A DNA stretch of 63,947 nt, the filler included, from Pelomyxa schiedti (lineage: Eukaryota; Protista; Evosea): the NCBI GenBank assembly GCA_020536535.1. It is 5 parts of 5 records of this genome, joined end to end, with 100 filler letters (N's around TTAATTAATTAA, not from the genome) between each part and the next. Parts side by side here need not be neighbours in the genome. Positions count along the whole stretch, not along the records: positions 30,208 to 41,278 come from JAHLWZ010001249.1; positions 41,379 to 60,872 come from JAHLWZ010001107.1; 3 more parts are not named here. The stretch is one strand, 5' to 3'. This document shows, one piece after another, positions 36,501-49,230 of the stretch (positions are counted from its first letter, which is position 1; every line of letters starts with the position of its first letter). Position numbers and translations under genes: made by a program. The notes under the pieces are model-generated. The model did no database searches. It saw nothing but the letters and a program-made list of their open reading frames with translations, and was not told the origin of the DNA.

Positions 36501-39500
36501 GAAGTCATTTCAGCTTGAGTAAGAGTAGTGAGTGTCCTCCTGTGTGATGGAATTTTTTCTCCCTTTAGGTCCACTCCAACAGAGTTGGATATGTCTCTCT
36601 TCTCCCGCAATTCCTTGACTCTTTCTTGGAGCCTGTTTATAGCTTCCTTTTTTTTCCTTTCTTCGACTGCTGCCCAGAAAGAATCAGCGGCAGTAGTTGT
36701 GGACGTGGCTGTGGCTGTGAGGAAGTAAGTTGGAAGAGGAGTGACGGATTTCATAAAAACCTGTGGATGAAGGTGTGGGTTCTGGCGTGCCACTTGTGGG
36801 TTCTGGGGTACCACTTGTATTTGCCTTATCCGCCAGTTGGGCCTTGATTCCGCCAGCAACAACACTTGTTAATGAAGGCCGATGCAATCTTGGCTTTCGG
36901 TGGATCTTTCTGACTCTATCTTTGGTGAGTGACACAAGTTTTTCATCCACTTTTACTTCAAGTGTTGGAGAAATGGCTGGTAAGGTCTCATCAATTGAAG
37001 GAGAGTTAGAAGGAGAAAGCAGGGAGGGTGATTGAGCTGGTGACGGTGGAGCAGTGGTTGACGCTTTTTCAACTATAGGTGCCGGCAAAAGTGTCATTGA
37101 AGAAGCGGACTTCCTGGCCCCAAGGCGAGTGAAACCACTAGATATTTTAGTGGGTGCTGCAAGTGTTCCATTGAGAGGTGCCGGGGGATCACTGGTTCTC
37201 CTCGATCGCGTTTGTTCCGCTGTGGTGATGGAAATAGCAGGAGATTGTTGGGAGTTTGCGGTTGTATCCACAGGTTTCTTAAGTGTGCCAGAGGTACCAA
37301 AGGTATGGATAATGCGTGTTGGTTGACCTGCAGTTGTGGAGATGGCTTGCGGGGGAGGCAACCCTGATTTCTTTGTGGACTTAGGAGCTAGCACTATGGG
37401 GAAAAAACTTACTTCGTTCTCCAAACAAGTTTCGTGACATTTGGGGCAGTACGGTTTATCCATATAGGCCATAAATTGAACCACAGGAACAACCTTCAGA
37501 CATGCTGCACACTAATTGTAAGGGTCAGTATAACAGTATCATTAGCTTTAGTACCTTAAGGCAGGACTGGTGGTAGAATGCTTCTCCAATCTTCACATTG
37601 TTGAATTTAAAAACCAGCTTAGAACAAGAGGGGCACTGCCCTAAACCAGACTTTTTCTGAGTGGAATCACATATGGGGGGAGACTTGGAGATCTGAGGTG
37701 AAATGCTGCCCTCACTAATGGGCTCCTTTAAAAGTGCTCCTGTAACACCTGTAAATGCTTCACCACCAGCAATGTTCACAATTTCATCTTTGACAGATTT
37801 TGTGATGTCATCAGGCATTTTAATTTCAATTGGTGTGGAAGTTTCAGCAACGCTTGTTATTCCACTTTCAGACACTGGAGCCGTGGCTGTCACCTGTTCA
37901 GGTTCCGCCACTGGTGTAGCCTTCAAGTCAGGAGTAACTATCGTTGGCTCAACAGTCTGCACCTCCACTTTGACACTCCACAGTTTTCGGAAATGAAGAA
38001 GGTAGAGAACCAGACAAATAATAAAGGAGGCTGCGAAATGAATGGCCCACCACCTGTAGCTGGCACCATACCCAATAGTCACAATTAAAGATTTGAAGAA
38101 ATCTGGGGTATGTGTAAACATTGGAGAAAGTTTTCCTATTGACATACGATTATTGTCATCAATCTGATTCCGGGTGAAAAATGAAAAAAATATTCCAGAT
38201 AGTCCTGAAAGTACTCCCGCAATGAAACATACCCACATAGCCCAAATGACGAACCACCATGCAACAACTTTAACACCTTCCCAGAAAGCTTCCACAGTGT
38301 CTTTCGCTCGCCGGAAAGTTTTCTGTATGCCGTTGTGTGTGCTTTGTAAAGTTTTTCGCATTCGGCTCGTAATTGTATACATCAGTCCCCTCTTACTACT
38401 TGAAATCTCAGTTTCCTGAGGTGTGGGAACTTCAGCAGCCGTGGATATTGTTTCAGTAGGAATTCTGTGTGCATTCCTCCTCCGGTGGAACAGGTTGCGT
38501 GACGCTACGATTATAAACGCAGCAACAATATGGGTGCACCACCAGTCACGTCCACCTCCATACCCCATAATTTCTAGCAGTGTGAAAACGCTGATAGGCA
38601 CAGAATTGCTTGTGATTTCACCAGATTCCGAACCTGCATAAAGATTACAACTCTCTTTTTCCCTGGGAACTGTACCAATCGAGTCATATTGGCTGGATGT
38701 AACTGTAACAGGAATAAACGTAGGTACGGTGTGGACGATTTTAGCCAAGCCAAAATGTAGAAGTAAGCCGGTGGCACATGAAGATAATATAGAAGTCACA
38801 ACTGCAAAAATGGCGTGTACCAGCATCCACCAAAGGAAGCAAGCAATACTATAGCATCCCAATCTCACACAGTAATCTACAGTAGCACAGAAGCGTCTCA
38901 CGTGATAGACTAACCCTGCAAATAGCCGAGTTGCAGTTTGGTGCATCCAGTGGAGCCCATGAATCACCTTCATCTTGATTTTGTGGTACGTGTTCTGGAG
39001 TGCTTGTTTGACATCGTTAAAGAATCTAAAAACTCGTTCTTTTGCCTGGATAAATGACCTTTTGATGAATGCTTTCAAACGGGTTCCAGCTCTCCTCCGT
39101 CGTCCAACACCAAGTGTCATCACCAATACGGCGGCAACTACTGTTTGGGAACTACACCACACGTGGCCAGAGGATAGTCCCATACTCGCAACGATAATAG
39201 AGGGCTCAAACGGAAACTTGTGAAGTGTGAGGATAGTTGGGATCTCAGAGGAGAGTTCTGGAAGAACTTCAGAACAAAATACAATTAAATAAGGAGATAC
39301 CCTGCTTGAAGAGACGGGGAATAATAATATGGTAATACAAAGTCCGTGATAAGGTAGAGAGTAGTACTGCGGAAGTACAAACAATCAATGTCCACACAGT
39401 GGAGAATCTGAGTGCCTGTAGTGCTGTCTGGAACGCTCGCTTTACAATTGAACCACGCTTTGTATTTGATGTATGGTTTATTCCCCTTCCTACTATCTCT

Positions 39501-40090
39501 TCCACTTTGGTGGGTACTGTATTTTCCTTTCCAAAGGTCTCAGCAATCCATTCCCCAATCTGATCCCGGATCCTGCGGTGCTCCTCGAGAATTTCCTTCT
39601 GAGACCCAGTAGCCTGCTGCGGATCGCTGAAGCCGTGATGTATCGTTTTATCAGAGCAGAAAACAACAGGGCACATCTCGTGAGCATGATCACAAAGTGT
39701 AACGGCGATATCGAAGTGCTTAACTGGTAGTGCTTCCATACACTTAGATTGATTGCTAGATATGTCAATTCCAATCTCCTTCAAGACCGCCACAGCATTT
39801 CCGCTGATATCCGACGATCCAGAGCACTTGGAACCAGCACTGTAAGCCTCGTATTTATCGCCGTATCTATGGTTGAGTATTCCCTCAGCCATCTGTGATC
39901 TACATACATTAGCCGTGCATATGAACAGCACCCTGGTCTTTTGCTTCTCCGAAGCAGCCGCGTTGCCGGTCGTCACACCCTCAGGCCCACCCATTGACAC
40001 AGCTGTACTACTAGTAACCCTTGTTGCACCACTAGTACTACTACTAGTTGTTGTGGTTGTACATGTTTGCTCGGTGGTTTGATTTTTCAT
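33542..40090 (-). CDS. Predicted fusion: ArsC/LMW-PTP fold + repeated TM modules + LIM + gelsolin repeats + villin headpiece
   Basis: ArsC motifs [28 protein letters not shown] and FSDP. A 34-nt intron at 39267-39300 joins FKQ/VLPELSS. LIM domain CPSC..HQSCLK/CAAC..YCPKCH. Gelsolin motifs [26 protein letters not shown] and [11 protein letters not shown]. Headpiece [44 protein letters not shown]. The villin part is certain; the ArsC join is less so. Confidence 0.75.
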
Positions 40091-40567
40091 TGGGTTTCCG
40101 CACTCGGTGCAAAACTTTTGTCCTGGGCAATGTGCCCCGCACGTGGTGCAATACTAGGACCAAAACTCAGAGTTATCGACAGAAGTCACATGACACGTGC
40201 GAATGGGAATACGAAAAAAAAAGTGTGTTGGTGTCGCGTCGTTTCGTGACACGTACCATTTTGGGGTCCCTTTTTTTCTTCTTTTGTTGGTCCAATTTCT
40301 TTTCTCGAACTCCGGTGTTGCTGAACCGGAGGAAAAAGAAATGCAAAAATCAACCACACGCTAATCACCCACTTGTCCGCAGAGCACCCCCAAGTCCAGT
40401 GTTTTTCTTTGCCTCCTGTTCAGCAACACCGGAGTTCATCCCTCCATTAGAACAACCTCAGAAACAGACTGTGGAGTACCCAAGGCCTCCTTTCCCTTCA
40501 GGTTCCCAGAAGGATGTTCCGAACAATTTTGAGAAGAAACAAAAGCAAACAAAGATATCGGTGGAAA

Positions 40568-41278
40568 ATGGCGGGGCGGTCGTCACTTGTGTTGTCGTTG
40601 GTGATTGTTGTTGGTTGTATTATGGGAGCGTGTTCAGGCAAGTACATACTTGGTATTGAGGGGTACTGCCTCAACGCGTGTGCACAGCTGAGGCTCGATT
40701 TGGTCAAACTCAATCTACCGGATCCAATCCCCCCTGAGCACCTATTCCAAGTAATTATCTAAATTAGTTTGGCTTTGAACTCAGTATTTGTAAATAAACC
40801 ATGTAATAAGAATTTGGGCAGGTTGTGGCACCTAGACCAGATACAGTGCAGATGGGCCTTGGCAGATTTTCCGCATATGATGCTGCGAATCAGATATACT
40901 ACTTCCTGACTGTCGAACAACTGTCTGACTCGGATCTATATGTGCTTTACATTGCTGATGTATGGCCCATCCTCCTTTCCTGCCCTTCTTTATTGAATCG
41001 CTCTGAAGGTCACCCAACAAAACACGGTAAATGTTACCCTTGAATTATGGGACACAGCCGTTCTTTCTTCAATCCAGTGGGACCCCACATCGCTGCAGCT
41101 TTACGCTGGTACACTCTCCTGGTGTAATTAGATATTCGTTTTTTTGACCTTTAACACAGTTGTTGACAACCTTATGTGCACAATCAACACAAAGAATGGC
41201 ACATTTACTGTGATTGGCCATATAGCTGAGCTCAAGTACCTTCCACAGCTACCCTCCTCCTTTGATTCCACTACTGGA
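40568..41278 (+). CDS. Secreted protein, probably beta-propeller-like; truncated by the gap
   Basis: Signal peptide MAGRSSLVLSLVIVVGCIMGACSG. Exons include SAYDAANQIYYF, IQWDPTSLQLY and CTINTKNGTFTVIG. Confidence 0.6.
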
Positions 41279-41378
41279 NNNNNNNNNNNNNNNNNNNNNN
41301 NNNNNNNNNNNNNNNNNNNNNNTTAATTAATTAANNNNNNNNNNNNNNNNNNNNNNNNNNNNNNNNNNNNNNNNNNNN
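41279..41378. other. Scaffold gap with linker
   Basis: N run with TTAATTAATTAA. Confidence 0.97.
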
Positions 41379-41605
41379 CCAGTAGTACCCCCTCCAGCTC
41401 TCACTGATATTCATGCACCAACCCCACAATCCACTGAACTATTCACTCCCCCGCCTCCAGTTGAACCCGTGGATCAGAGGTCCCCGGCGTGCTTATTTCC
41501 TTTTGGAGGTGACATCACTTTTCTAGATGGCGGGGAGTGAATAGTTCAGTGGATTGTGGGGTTGGTGCATGAATATCAGTGAGAGCTGGAGGGGGTACTA
41601 CTGGT
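41379..41605. repeat. About 77-nt inverted repeat next to the gap (41379-41455 vs 41529-41605)
   Basis: CCAGTAGTACCCCCTCCAGCTC...TTCACTCCCCCGCC is the reverse complement of 41529-41605, differing by one C. Confidence 0.9.
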
Positions 41606-42988
41606 GCATCTACAGGAGGAACTGGGTCAACAGGTGGGGGAAGTGAGGTATCAATGGGAGGATGTGTAGATTCAGTGGTCATCAAAATTGGTGGGGTTAG
41701 GACGGCTGATGCCTGCACTGTTGATGGAGGTAAGATACCAAGTTCTGTGGTAGTATCAACTCTTGAGGGAGGAGGTGGTGGCTCCACAGATGCTTCAGGT
41801 GCCTGAAGCCTTGGAGGCGGAGGTGGAGGCAAGTCAGCTTCTCCGTGTTTGCTGGAATGGTGGTCACTTTTATGTTTAGAAGGCGTTTTTGAGGATGATG
41901 GTGTTGTGGGAGTGCGATGGAGTGTGTGGTGTTTGCGTTTCCCAGAAGCCAGAGTCTCCTCAGTAGGTCTCTCTGCCAGAGAAGACCGCCTTGAAGAAGT
42001 AGAACCAGAGCTAGAAGTAGAATGGTGATGGTGTGCAGAGGGCGTTTTCGGTGAGCCTCGCGGCCGAAGTGAAGGCGAAGAAGGCGATGATGGGTCGTCT
42101 TCTGGCAGCGGAGGGGGTGCTAAAGGGTCCTCTGGGGGTGGCGGCGGCGGCAGAGGTTCGTCGTCACTACTTCCAGAATCGGGAGGCGGAGGAGGCGGCG
42201 AGTAAGCCCTAATAAGGTCGTTTGGGGCGTTGAGTGGGGACGATGACTGTCTTGGAGGCGGCGGCGGCGCCAGGAAGCTGGTCAGAGAGGGAGACGAATA
42301 CGAAGCACTCAGCGTCTGCCTTGGTGGCCGCGGGGGAGGGGAGTCTGCAATTGCTTGCGGATTCGAAAGTGTCTGCCTGGAAGGCAGGGGCGGCGCTGCT
42401 GTCGCTGCCACGTTTGCCGACTTTGCTGGGGAGGGGGGAGGGATTACACTGATGCACGTTGGTTGGTCCCTTACTGGGGGTGGTGGAAGAATGTCCTTTT
42501 GGCTCTGAGCAACTACTGGTTCAGAAGTCCACGCAAAGCAATCCTCTTCCTCTTCATCTTGTGGAATCTCAGGCAGAGGCTCGTCATCCTGGTAGGTTTT
42601 TTTTTTATTTTTTTTTTTAAAATTAATACTAAAAAAAAAAAAAGTACTCGTGTGGAGCACATGTATGGGTTGGTGTGTCGGTGAGGGAAAAAAAAAAAAA
42701 AGAAAGGGGGAAAAAAAAAGGAGAAGCAAGAAGGGGTGAGGAGTGCGTTCTAGACAACACCGTAGTTGTTGTATTGGGTATTGTTTTGGCATGTGTTACG
42801 GCACATCGGGAATACCTCACTGCTGGACCACACTGACATCTTTTTTCTTGCCTTCTTTTTTTGTACTTCCAGTAAGAGTAACAAGCTTGTCCGTTCTAAA
42901 AAAAAAAAAAGAAAAAACCCGTGGATCAGAGGTCCCCGGCGTGCTTATTTCCTTTTGGAGGTGACATCACTTTTCTAGATGGCGGGGA
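41464..42988 (+). repeat. 73-nt exact direct repeat at 41464-41536 and 42916-42988
   Basis: AACCCGTGGATCAGAGGTCCCCGGCGTGCTTATTTCCTTTTGGAGGTGACATCACTTTTCTAGATGGCGGGGA occurs at both positions. Confidence 0.92.
41515..42588 (-). CDS. Large exon of a proline-rich, low-complexity protein; start and true 3' end uncertain
   Basis: Acceptor at 42589, then DDEPLPEIPQDEEEED followed by many poly-Pro tracts. The 3' end falls inside the repeat/fold-back structure. Confidence 0.55.
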   Translation of the reverse strand, partial: DDEPLPEIPQDEEEEDCFAWTSEPVVAQSQKDILPPPPVRDQPTCISVIPPPSPAKSANVAATAAPPLPSRQTLSNPQAIADSPPPRPPRQTLSASYSSPSLTSFLAPPPPPRQSSSPLNAPNDLIRAYSPPPPPPDSGSSDDEPLPPPPPPEDPLAPPPLPEDDPSSPSSPSLRPRGSPKTPSAHHHHSTSSSGSTSSRRSSLAERPTEETLASGKRKHHTLHRTPTTPSSSKTPSKHKSDHHSSKHGEADLPPPPPPRLQAPEASVEPPPPPSRVDTTTELGILPPSTVQASAVLTPPILMTTESTHPPIDTSLPPPVDPVPPVDAPVVPPPALTDIHAPTPQSTELFTPRHLEK

Positions 42989-43013
42989 ATTCTCGTGATT
43001 CATTTATGTCCTC

Positions 43014-46000
43014 TCAAAGGGTACATTGGGCGAAGGATGCGCACTGGGCACAATCGGATATGCAAGAGTGAGAGGGTGCTGATGAGGAGGAGGTGGAAGC
43101 AGCGCCAGAGGACGAGGAGAGTAATGAGGGAGATAGTGATGGCGAGGAACCTGTGGTAGAGGTGGGAGGCGGAGGTGGTGTGGTGGTTTTGGAGTATGGA
43201 ATGGCATCTTCTATGTCACTTGGCTTGCAGATTGGGTGCAGTTGGAGGTCGGGCTTGGCATCCTTGGCGCAGCCGAGCATCAACTTTATTTATGGGGTAT
43301 AAGTTTGCTGTTGGGGTTTGGGTTTGAGGGTTCGTACCTTGATTCGGTTCAATTGGTTCACAAAACTTGCGGAGGGGTCATAATCTTTAGTTCGGGAAAA
43401 GTTTTAGGGAATGGTTTCCAAGAAGTTGGAATTCATGCGCACCAATAACACACAGGTTTGCATTTGGGTAGTGTTGCCTTATGACTTTGAGCATTCCTCT
43501 ACCACCAACGTGAATAGGAAGGCAACCAAATCTGGGTTCAGTGGTTAGAGGGAACTGTATTTTTGAGGGGTCGGCAGCATACGGTGATGTTAAAATAATG
43601 TTATTTATACCGTTCTCGAGGTGTTGCAGTATCTGTGCCACTATAACCCATCCTTCACCTGCTTGGTGCAGAGTTGATGTAAACTTGGAAACAAGTTGTG
43701 CCAGTTGGTCAAATGGCAAAGGGTGGATGAACCGCTTACTCTCTGTGAGTGCTTTTATCATAGGATTTCGGAAAAGCCTTATGATTTTCCTGGAAGAGTT
43801 GGGTTAATATTCGTTCTCATCGTGCGAAACGACTTACTGTGCTGCTTTTCCGCCAAACCATTTGCCTCGGTCGGGTGCTAAAAGTTGGTGATTGGCTAAA
43901 TTGTTGTATCCTGCAAGTTCACTATATTCTGTGAAGAAAAATACAGATACTTCACAGAGTTCCTGCTCTTCTAAAAACTTGAGCAACCAGTTGTATTTAA
44001 TAGGATCAGCCTACTTTTTGGGTGAAAAAAACCATAATAGAGAGCCCAATTACCTTGCACATGAGGCCAACTAATCCCACACGTGGTTTATCGTGAGTTT
44101 CAGTTTTTAGAGGTATGGAATCGAAATCAGCAACCATTTGGGTCACCATACGGCTGAAAGATAATGGATTGCCGGATGCAACATGTTCCTTAGCTCTTTG
44201 AACCCAAGAAGTGTAGAGGTTATTGACTGATCCTGGGGTGGCTTCATATGGACGAGTTCGGTATAAGACCTAAATTTGAGGGTAATTTTGACATGAGCAC
44301 TAGGAGGAAATACCTGAGATAGAGCATCACCCCAAGCCAGTGACATATTTAGACGTAGTGTTTGGCCGACTGTGTATCCAGGATTGACTGTGGCTGTAGG
44401 AAAAAACCTCAGGCTGGCAGCTTCGGTGAAAAGGGAAAGTACCAGAACAATCAATAGAGTATAAACTCACTTTAGAAAACCCAGCTTTATCCAAAGCGTC
44501 TCGAACAAACCACATCATACGATGTGCAGTGCAAGACCCACCCATGTGGATCCACCTGGGAAGTGTTTACATTCCAATTTTCACGAATTGCCAGGCATAC
44601 ATGAAATCTGTTGTATCAGGGTCGAACATGCCATGGAATAGTACGTACAGGTACGTCCCAACTATTATCGTTGCGCCATAGCAGGCGTCAGGGTGAACAT
44701 ACTTGAGGCCAACTTCATTTCGGGCATCCTCAGATATATCTGGGCAAGGTATCGCCTTGCAGCCAGTGACGTTGAAAGCAGCTGAGTATAGCTCTGTGTG
44801 TTCCCTGGAGAAGTTCTGGGTTTGTAATGAGTCCATTTTCTACCTTTTCATAGAATATTTACCATGTAAACAAGTGACCTTGGAGCCTTTGGACAACAGT
44901 TCGCTGTTGTAAAAATGGGTCTGAGCATAGGCAAAGGAGCAGGATAAATAAGGGCGCGAGATCGGTCCCGGTGTTCATCAAGGGCAGCAAGTAGAGACCT
45001 AACTCGAACTCTAAGGGTTCCTGCGTTTGTATTCTGATCAAGTTTGATACAGCAATGTGGTCGTTGATGATGGTGGAACAGTGCCTGTCAAATGTGAAAA
45101 GGCATGACATATTAATGGTGCGCACTTTGATTTCGTCATCGGTCTCAGGAGCAATGCTACAGCCAAAGGAAACTAGGTGAATTAAGGCAAGATCTGGGGC
45201 CCGTGATACAAATTTTGCAGCAGCTAGAATACGGGAATCATTTGCAAACAGGTTTAATAATCTCCACCTTCCGCCACCCCCACCCACCTCTGCCTGCTTT
45301 GCCCCAAGATGTGCAACAGAATCACTAGAAAACACAGCATACCCGTGGGCAGTGAGTATATTTGGAATTGTGGATGAGCCTGTCCAAGGATCCAGTTGAT
45401 ATGGCCTGCACGCAACTACAACTCCTTGCATTCTACGCTGTCGCATCAGTGAAAGAGCATTCTCTCCCGCTTTCTCTAGTTCTGCTCTATACTGCTTTTG
45501 AGCAGCGTACCCAGCTTGGAAGGCAAGCTCGACATCCCGCTTGGTTATTTCTTGGTAAATAAACACAGGGCGAAGATAATCAAGTTAGTTCACGTGCAAG
45601 GGAAGAATTTAATTACTTGGAAACTTTGGTGCTAGCTGCTCATATAATCTTTCCACAGCTGACTGTGGATTGAATAATGGAGCAACAACATGGAGAAAGG
45701 CGGAGTCGGACCCAAACTCCATATTGTTCTTTATGACGTCATGGTACCCAGATAAAAGTGGGCACTGATAATATACCAGTTTTCCTCCATACTCAAATGT
45801 AAATTCTGTGGTTGTTGTAGCGGGGTACTGGTTCTCACTGAGTGGTTCACATGGGAAAACAATCAGAGGAACCCGTCTTTGTATGAGATCAGTTATGTGA
45901 CCATGGAGGATTTTAACTGGAGAGCAGCAAGATTCAATCTTCATCCAGTTAGAATTGCAGTGTAAAAGGCTAAATTACTGGCATAGAGCTCATTCCCATT

Positions 46001-48778
46001 CTAAACAAATTATCTGAACTCTCACGTGACAGAATAACTTGAAAGCCTAAAGTACGAAAAACAGCCTCCCACATGGGAAATTCATCATAGAACTGCAGTG
46101 CACGTGGAATTCCGATTTGCCCATAAGGGGCCGGTGTTGAAAGTGGGACATGGGTGAAAACACGTTTTCTCTGCCATTCAAAGAGATTTGGGATGCATTG
46201 CTGTTGTAGTTGGTGGCGTTCTTCTTCTCCCAGACCATTGACACAGCGGTTTCCAGATACATGCTCGTTGTGGAGACCAGGCAGATCAAAACGGTGTATT
46301 GTCAACAAACTTTTTTGTTTTGTGCAAAGGGTAATGAGAGGGAAGGACTAAAAATAGAAGAAACCAGTTGTTGTGACATTTCCCACAGCGTTTATTGATA
46401 GACTCCCAAGTTAAAGACTTCAAGTCACTCAATGATAACATAGATGACTTCCTGGAAGATGACTCCACTGAAGACGATTTCTGCCACCCATTCCGTGCCA
46501 CCAATGCTGCTCCAAATGCCCCCATGATAGGGGCGATGTCTGGACGCACCACATTACATTGCAGTATCATCTCCAGTGCTCGTAAAATGGCATCATTGAG
46601 AAATGTGCCACCTTGGACAACAACATGTCGGCCTAGATCTTGAGCAGAATTAATTCGCATGACCTGTAGCCTTTTAGAATAGAGCAAACACAAGTAATGA
46701 GACCTTGAAAAGAGCATTTTTGATTACAGATATTGCGACTCCAGCCGACATATCTTCAATGGAGGCCCCATCTCTTTGAGCCTGTTTGATTCTATAGTCG
46801 TCAGCGGACAACTAAAGAGGGTGTATAGTTGACCTTGAGTTCATGAATACAGTACATTTGTTTCCCAAATCCAGGGGTGATCTACTTTTAAGTCCATAAT
46901 CCACGAACTTTTCTATGTCTGTTTGTAGAGACCCTGCCAGTGTTTGGATAAAGGAACCACAGCCAGAGGAACATGCCTCATTAAGAAGTACCTCAGAAAT
47001 GACTCCATCTGGACCAATGCGCATGCATTTCATATCTTGTCCTGAAAGGGTTGATGAATACAAGATGTTACAACTTGAAATAGAAAGAAGGGTACCTCCA
47101 ATATCCAGGAGAACATCTGTTTCAGGTTGGAAGAACTGAGCTGCCCGAAGATGGGCAATAGTTTCCACCACCCCAACATCAGCTCGGAATGCCGCCTTCA
47201 ACAAGTTTTCCCCATAACCAGTCACACCACACCCAGCAATAAAGGTAGTTTTATGGGGTTCCAGCATCATAAGCATATCCGTGAGAGCATTGATCGCATG
47301 TTGGAGATTGTGTCCCCGATGGACGTCGTAGTAGGAGTGCACCAGTTTTCCTTCTGGAGTTATAAGAGCAAGCTTGAGTGTAGTGGAGCCGGAGTCTATG
47401 CCAAGGAACAATGGCCCTGTAACTTCATTGATATCGATGCGTTGAACTACGTGCTGCGAATGACGGGCTCTGAATTCATTGAGGTCTTCTGGAGTTTGGA
47501 ATAGAGGCCCAAGAGTGGCCACTGGAGATAGTGTAGTATGCATGAAGTCACGCGACTTCAGAAGACGTAGAACTCGGCGGCATATGAATGACAGCGGAGT
47601 TGGATGCATACGGGAGCGTGAGTATGCAGCTGCACCACCGCATACAACCTGGTGTGCTTGAGTTGGAAATAGAACTTGCACAGCTCCTCCTTCAAAAAGT
47701 GTGTGCGCAAATCTCTCTCTTAGACAATGAAGAAAATTCATTGGTCCACCTAGAAGTAAAATCCTTCCGGAGAGAGCCTTCCCACAAGCTAGTCCACTGA
47801 TCGTTTGGACAACAACAGCATTAAGAATAGACATGGCTATGTCTTCCCTTGCCACACCTTCACTAAGAAGTGGCTGCACGTCAGCTTTCGCAAAGACTCC
47901 GCATCTAGGAGCGATGGAATAGATTGTTTTGTGTGCAGAGGCGAGTTTGTTCAATCCAGCAGCATCCGTCTCTAATAATGTTGCCATTTGGTCAATGAAT
48001 GCTCCAGTTCCTATTGGAGGTAGCACCTTAAATAACTGGAATCAGCACGTGGGCTGTTAACATACCCGCAGCGCAAGTACTATTCATCTGTGCATCTAAA
48101 GTTGAACCAGAGAATCTCAAAATTTTTGCATCCTCACCACCCAACTCTATTGCCACATCTATGTTCATGTTTTTGAGGAGTACCTGAACCGCCTCTGCGC
48201 AAGCAACAACTTCTTGCACGTAAAGAAAATCAAGGGCTGTTGCAAGAGGCGTTCCAGCAGACCCGGTAATGCAGACCGTCGCAAAAGCAGGACCGTTAAT
48301 CCCGCGGTTTTCAACCTCACTTCCAGTGTCACCAGTTGACAAAATCGATGACGAAGTAGAGGTACTAGTTGCAGTGGTTGAAGCCGTGCTAGAGTCGCCA
48401 CTATCTGCCGGAGTCAAAATGGCACTAGACAATGCCTCAAATGCGGCCACAACAGCCCCGCGAACATCGAAAAAATGGCGTTTGTATACGGAAAATACTA
48501 TCTCGTATTCTTGTTCTGCATCGCGAGACGCGGCGTTACTGTTAACGAAAAGCAAAGGGAGAAGAAAAAAAAAAAATACCAAAAGTGAACGAAGAAAGGG
48601 ACTTCGGAGGAGCAGCAGGGGTTGTCGCGGATGCATCGTCAACAGGCGGAGGTACTGCGGTGGACAGAGGATCTTCATCGGATCTCGCCTTCTTCCTAAT
48701 GACCACCAGTTTCACGGTTGTGCTTCCGACATCCAGGCCGACGTGCAACACAGGAGTAGCGCAGGCACTGGCTGTCAT
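43014..48778 (-). CDS. Bacterial-type multidomain 2-hydroxyacyl-CoA dehydratase activase (2x BadF/BcrAD ATPase + DUF2229-like + dehydratase-like domains), with introns
   Basis: First ATPase unit: [37 protein letters not shown]. Second unit: [39 protein letters not shown]. Further motifs [44 protein letters not shown] and [20 protein letters not shown]. More than 10 spliceosomal introns. Confidence 0.9.
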
Positions 48779-49230
48779 TCCTGCTGATTTGTGCCGAAAT
48801 TCGAACGAAACTTGGATGGCTGAACCTTTTGTGCACTTCTCCTTCGCCTGGCGTTGTTCCAGGAAAACGGCTTTCATCACAATCAACTGTAGTGGGTGTT
48901 GCCGTTGGAACTTGTCGCTAACGACGGGGTGTGAGGACTCTCGATGATGTGTCACGGACACAGGTTTCCCAATGCGTTGTTCACCGACGCACTTGCCCAG
49001 AATATTTTGGATTTGAGATTGGCAGCTCAGAGATTGAGCCATGTGCAATTTTTAAAACACTCAAGTCTTAAAATTGTGTGTCTGGATCGTCAACGTCTAG
49101 CCGGTTATTGTCGTAGTTGTCGTAGGATATGTCCGAAGTGAAGTATGCATAGCACTGATCTATTTGTTGTTTCTCGTTCTGTGACTGTTGAGATCTCACT
49201 CATCCTTGAAGCTTGTCGTTGGAGAGAGCG

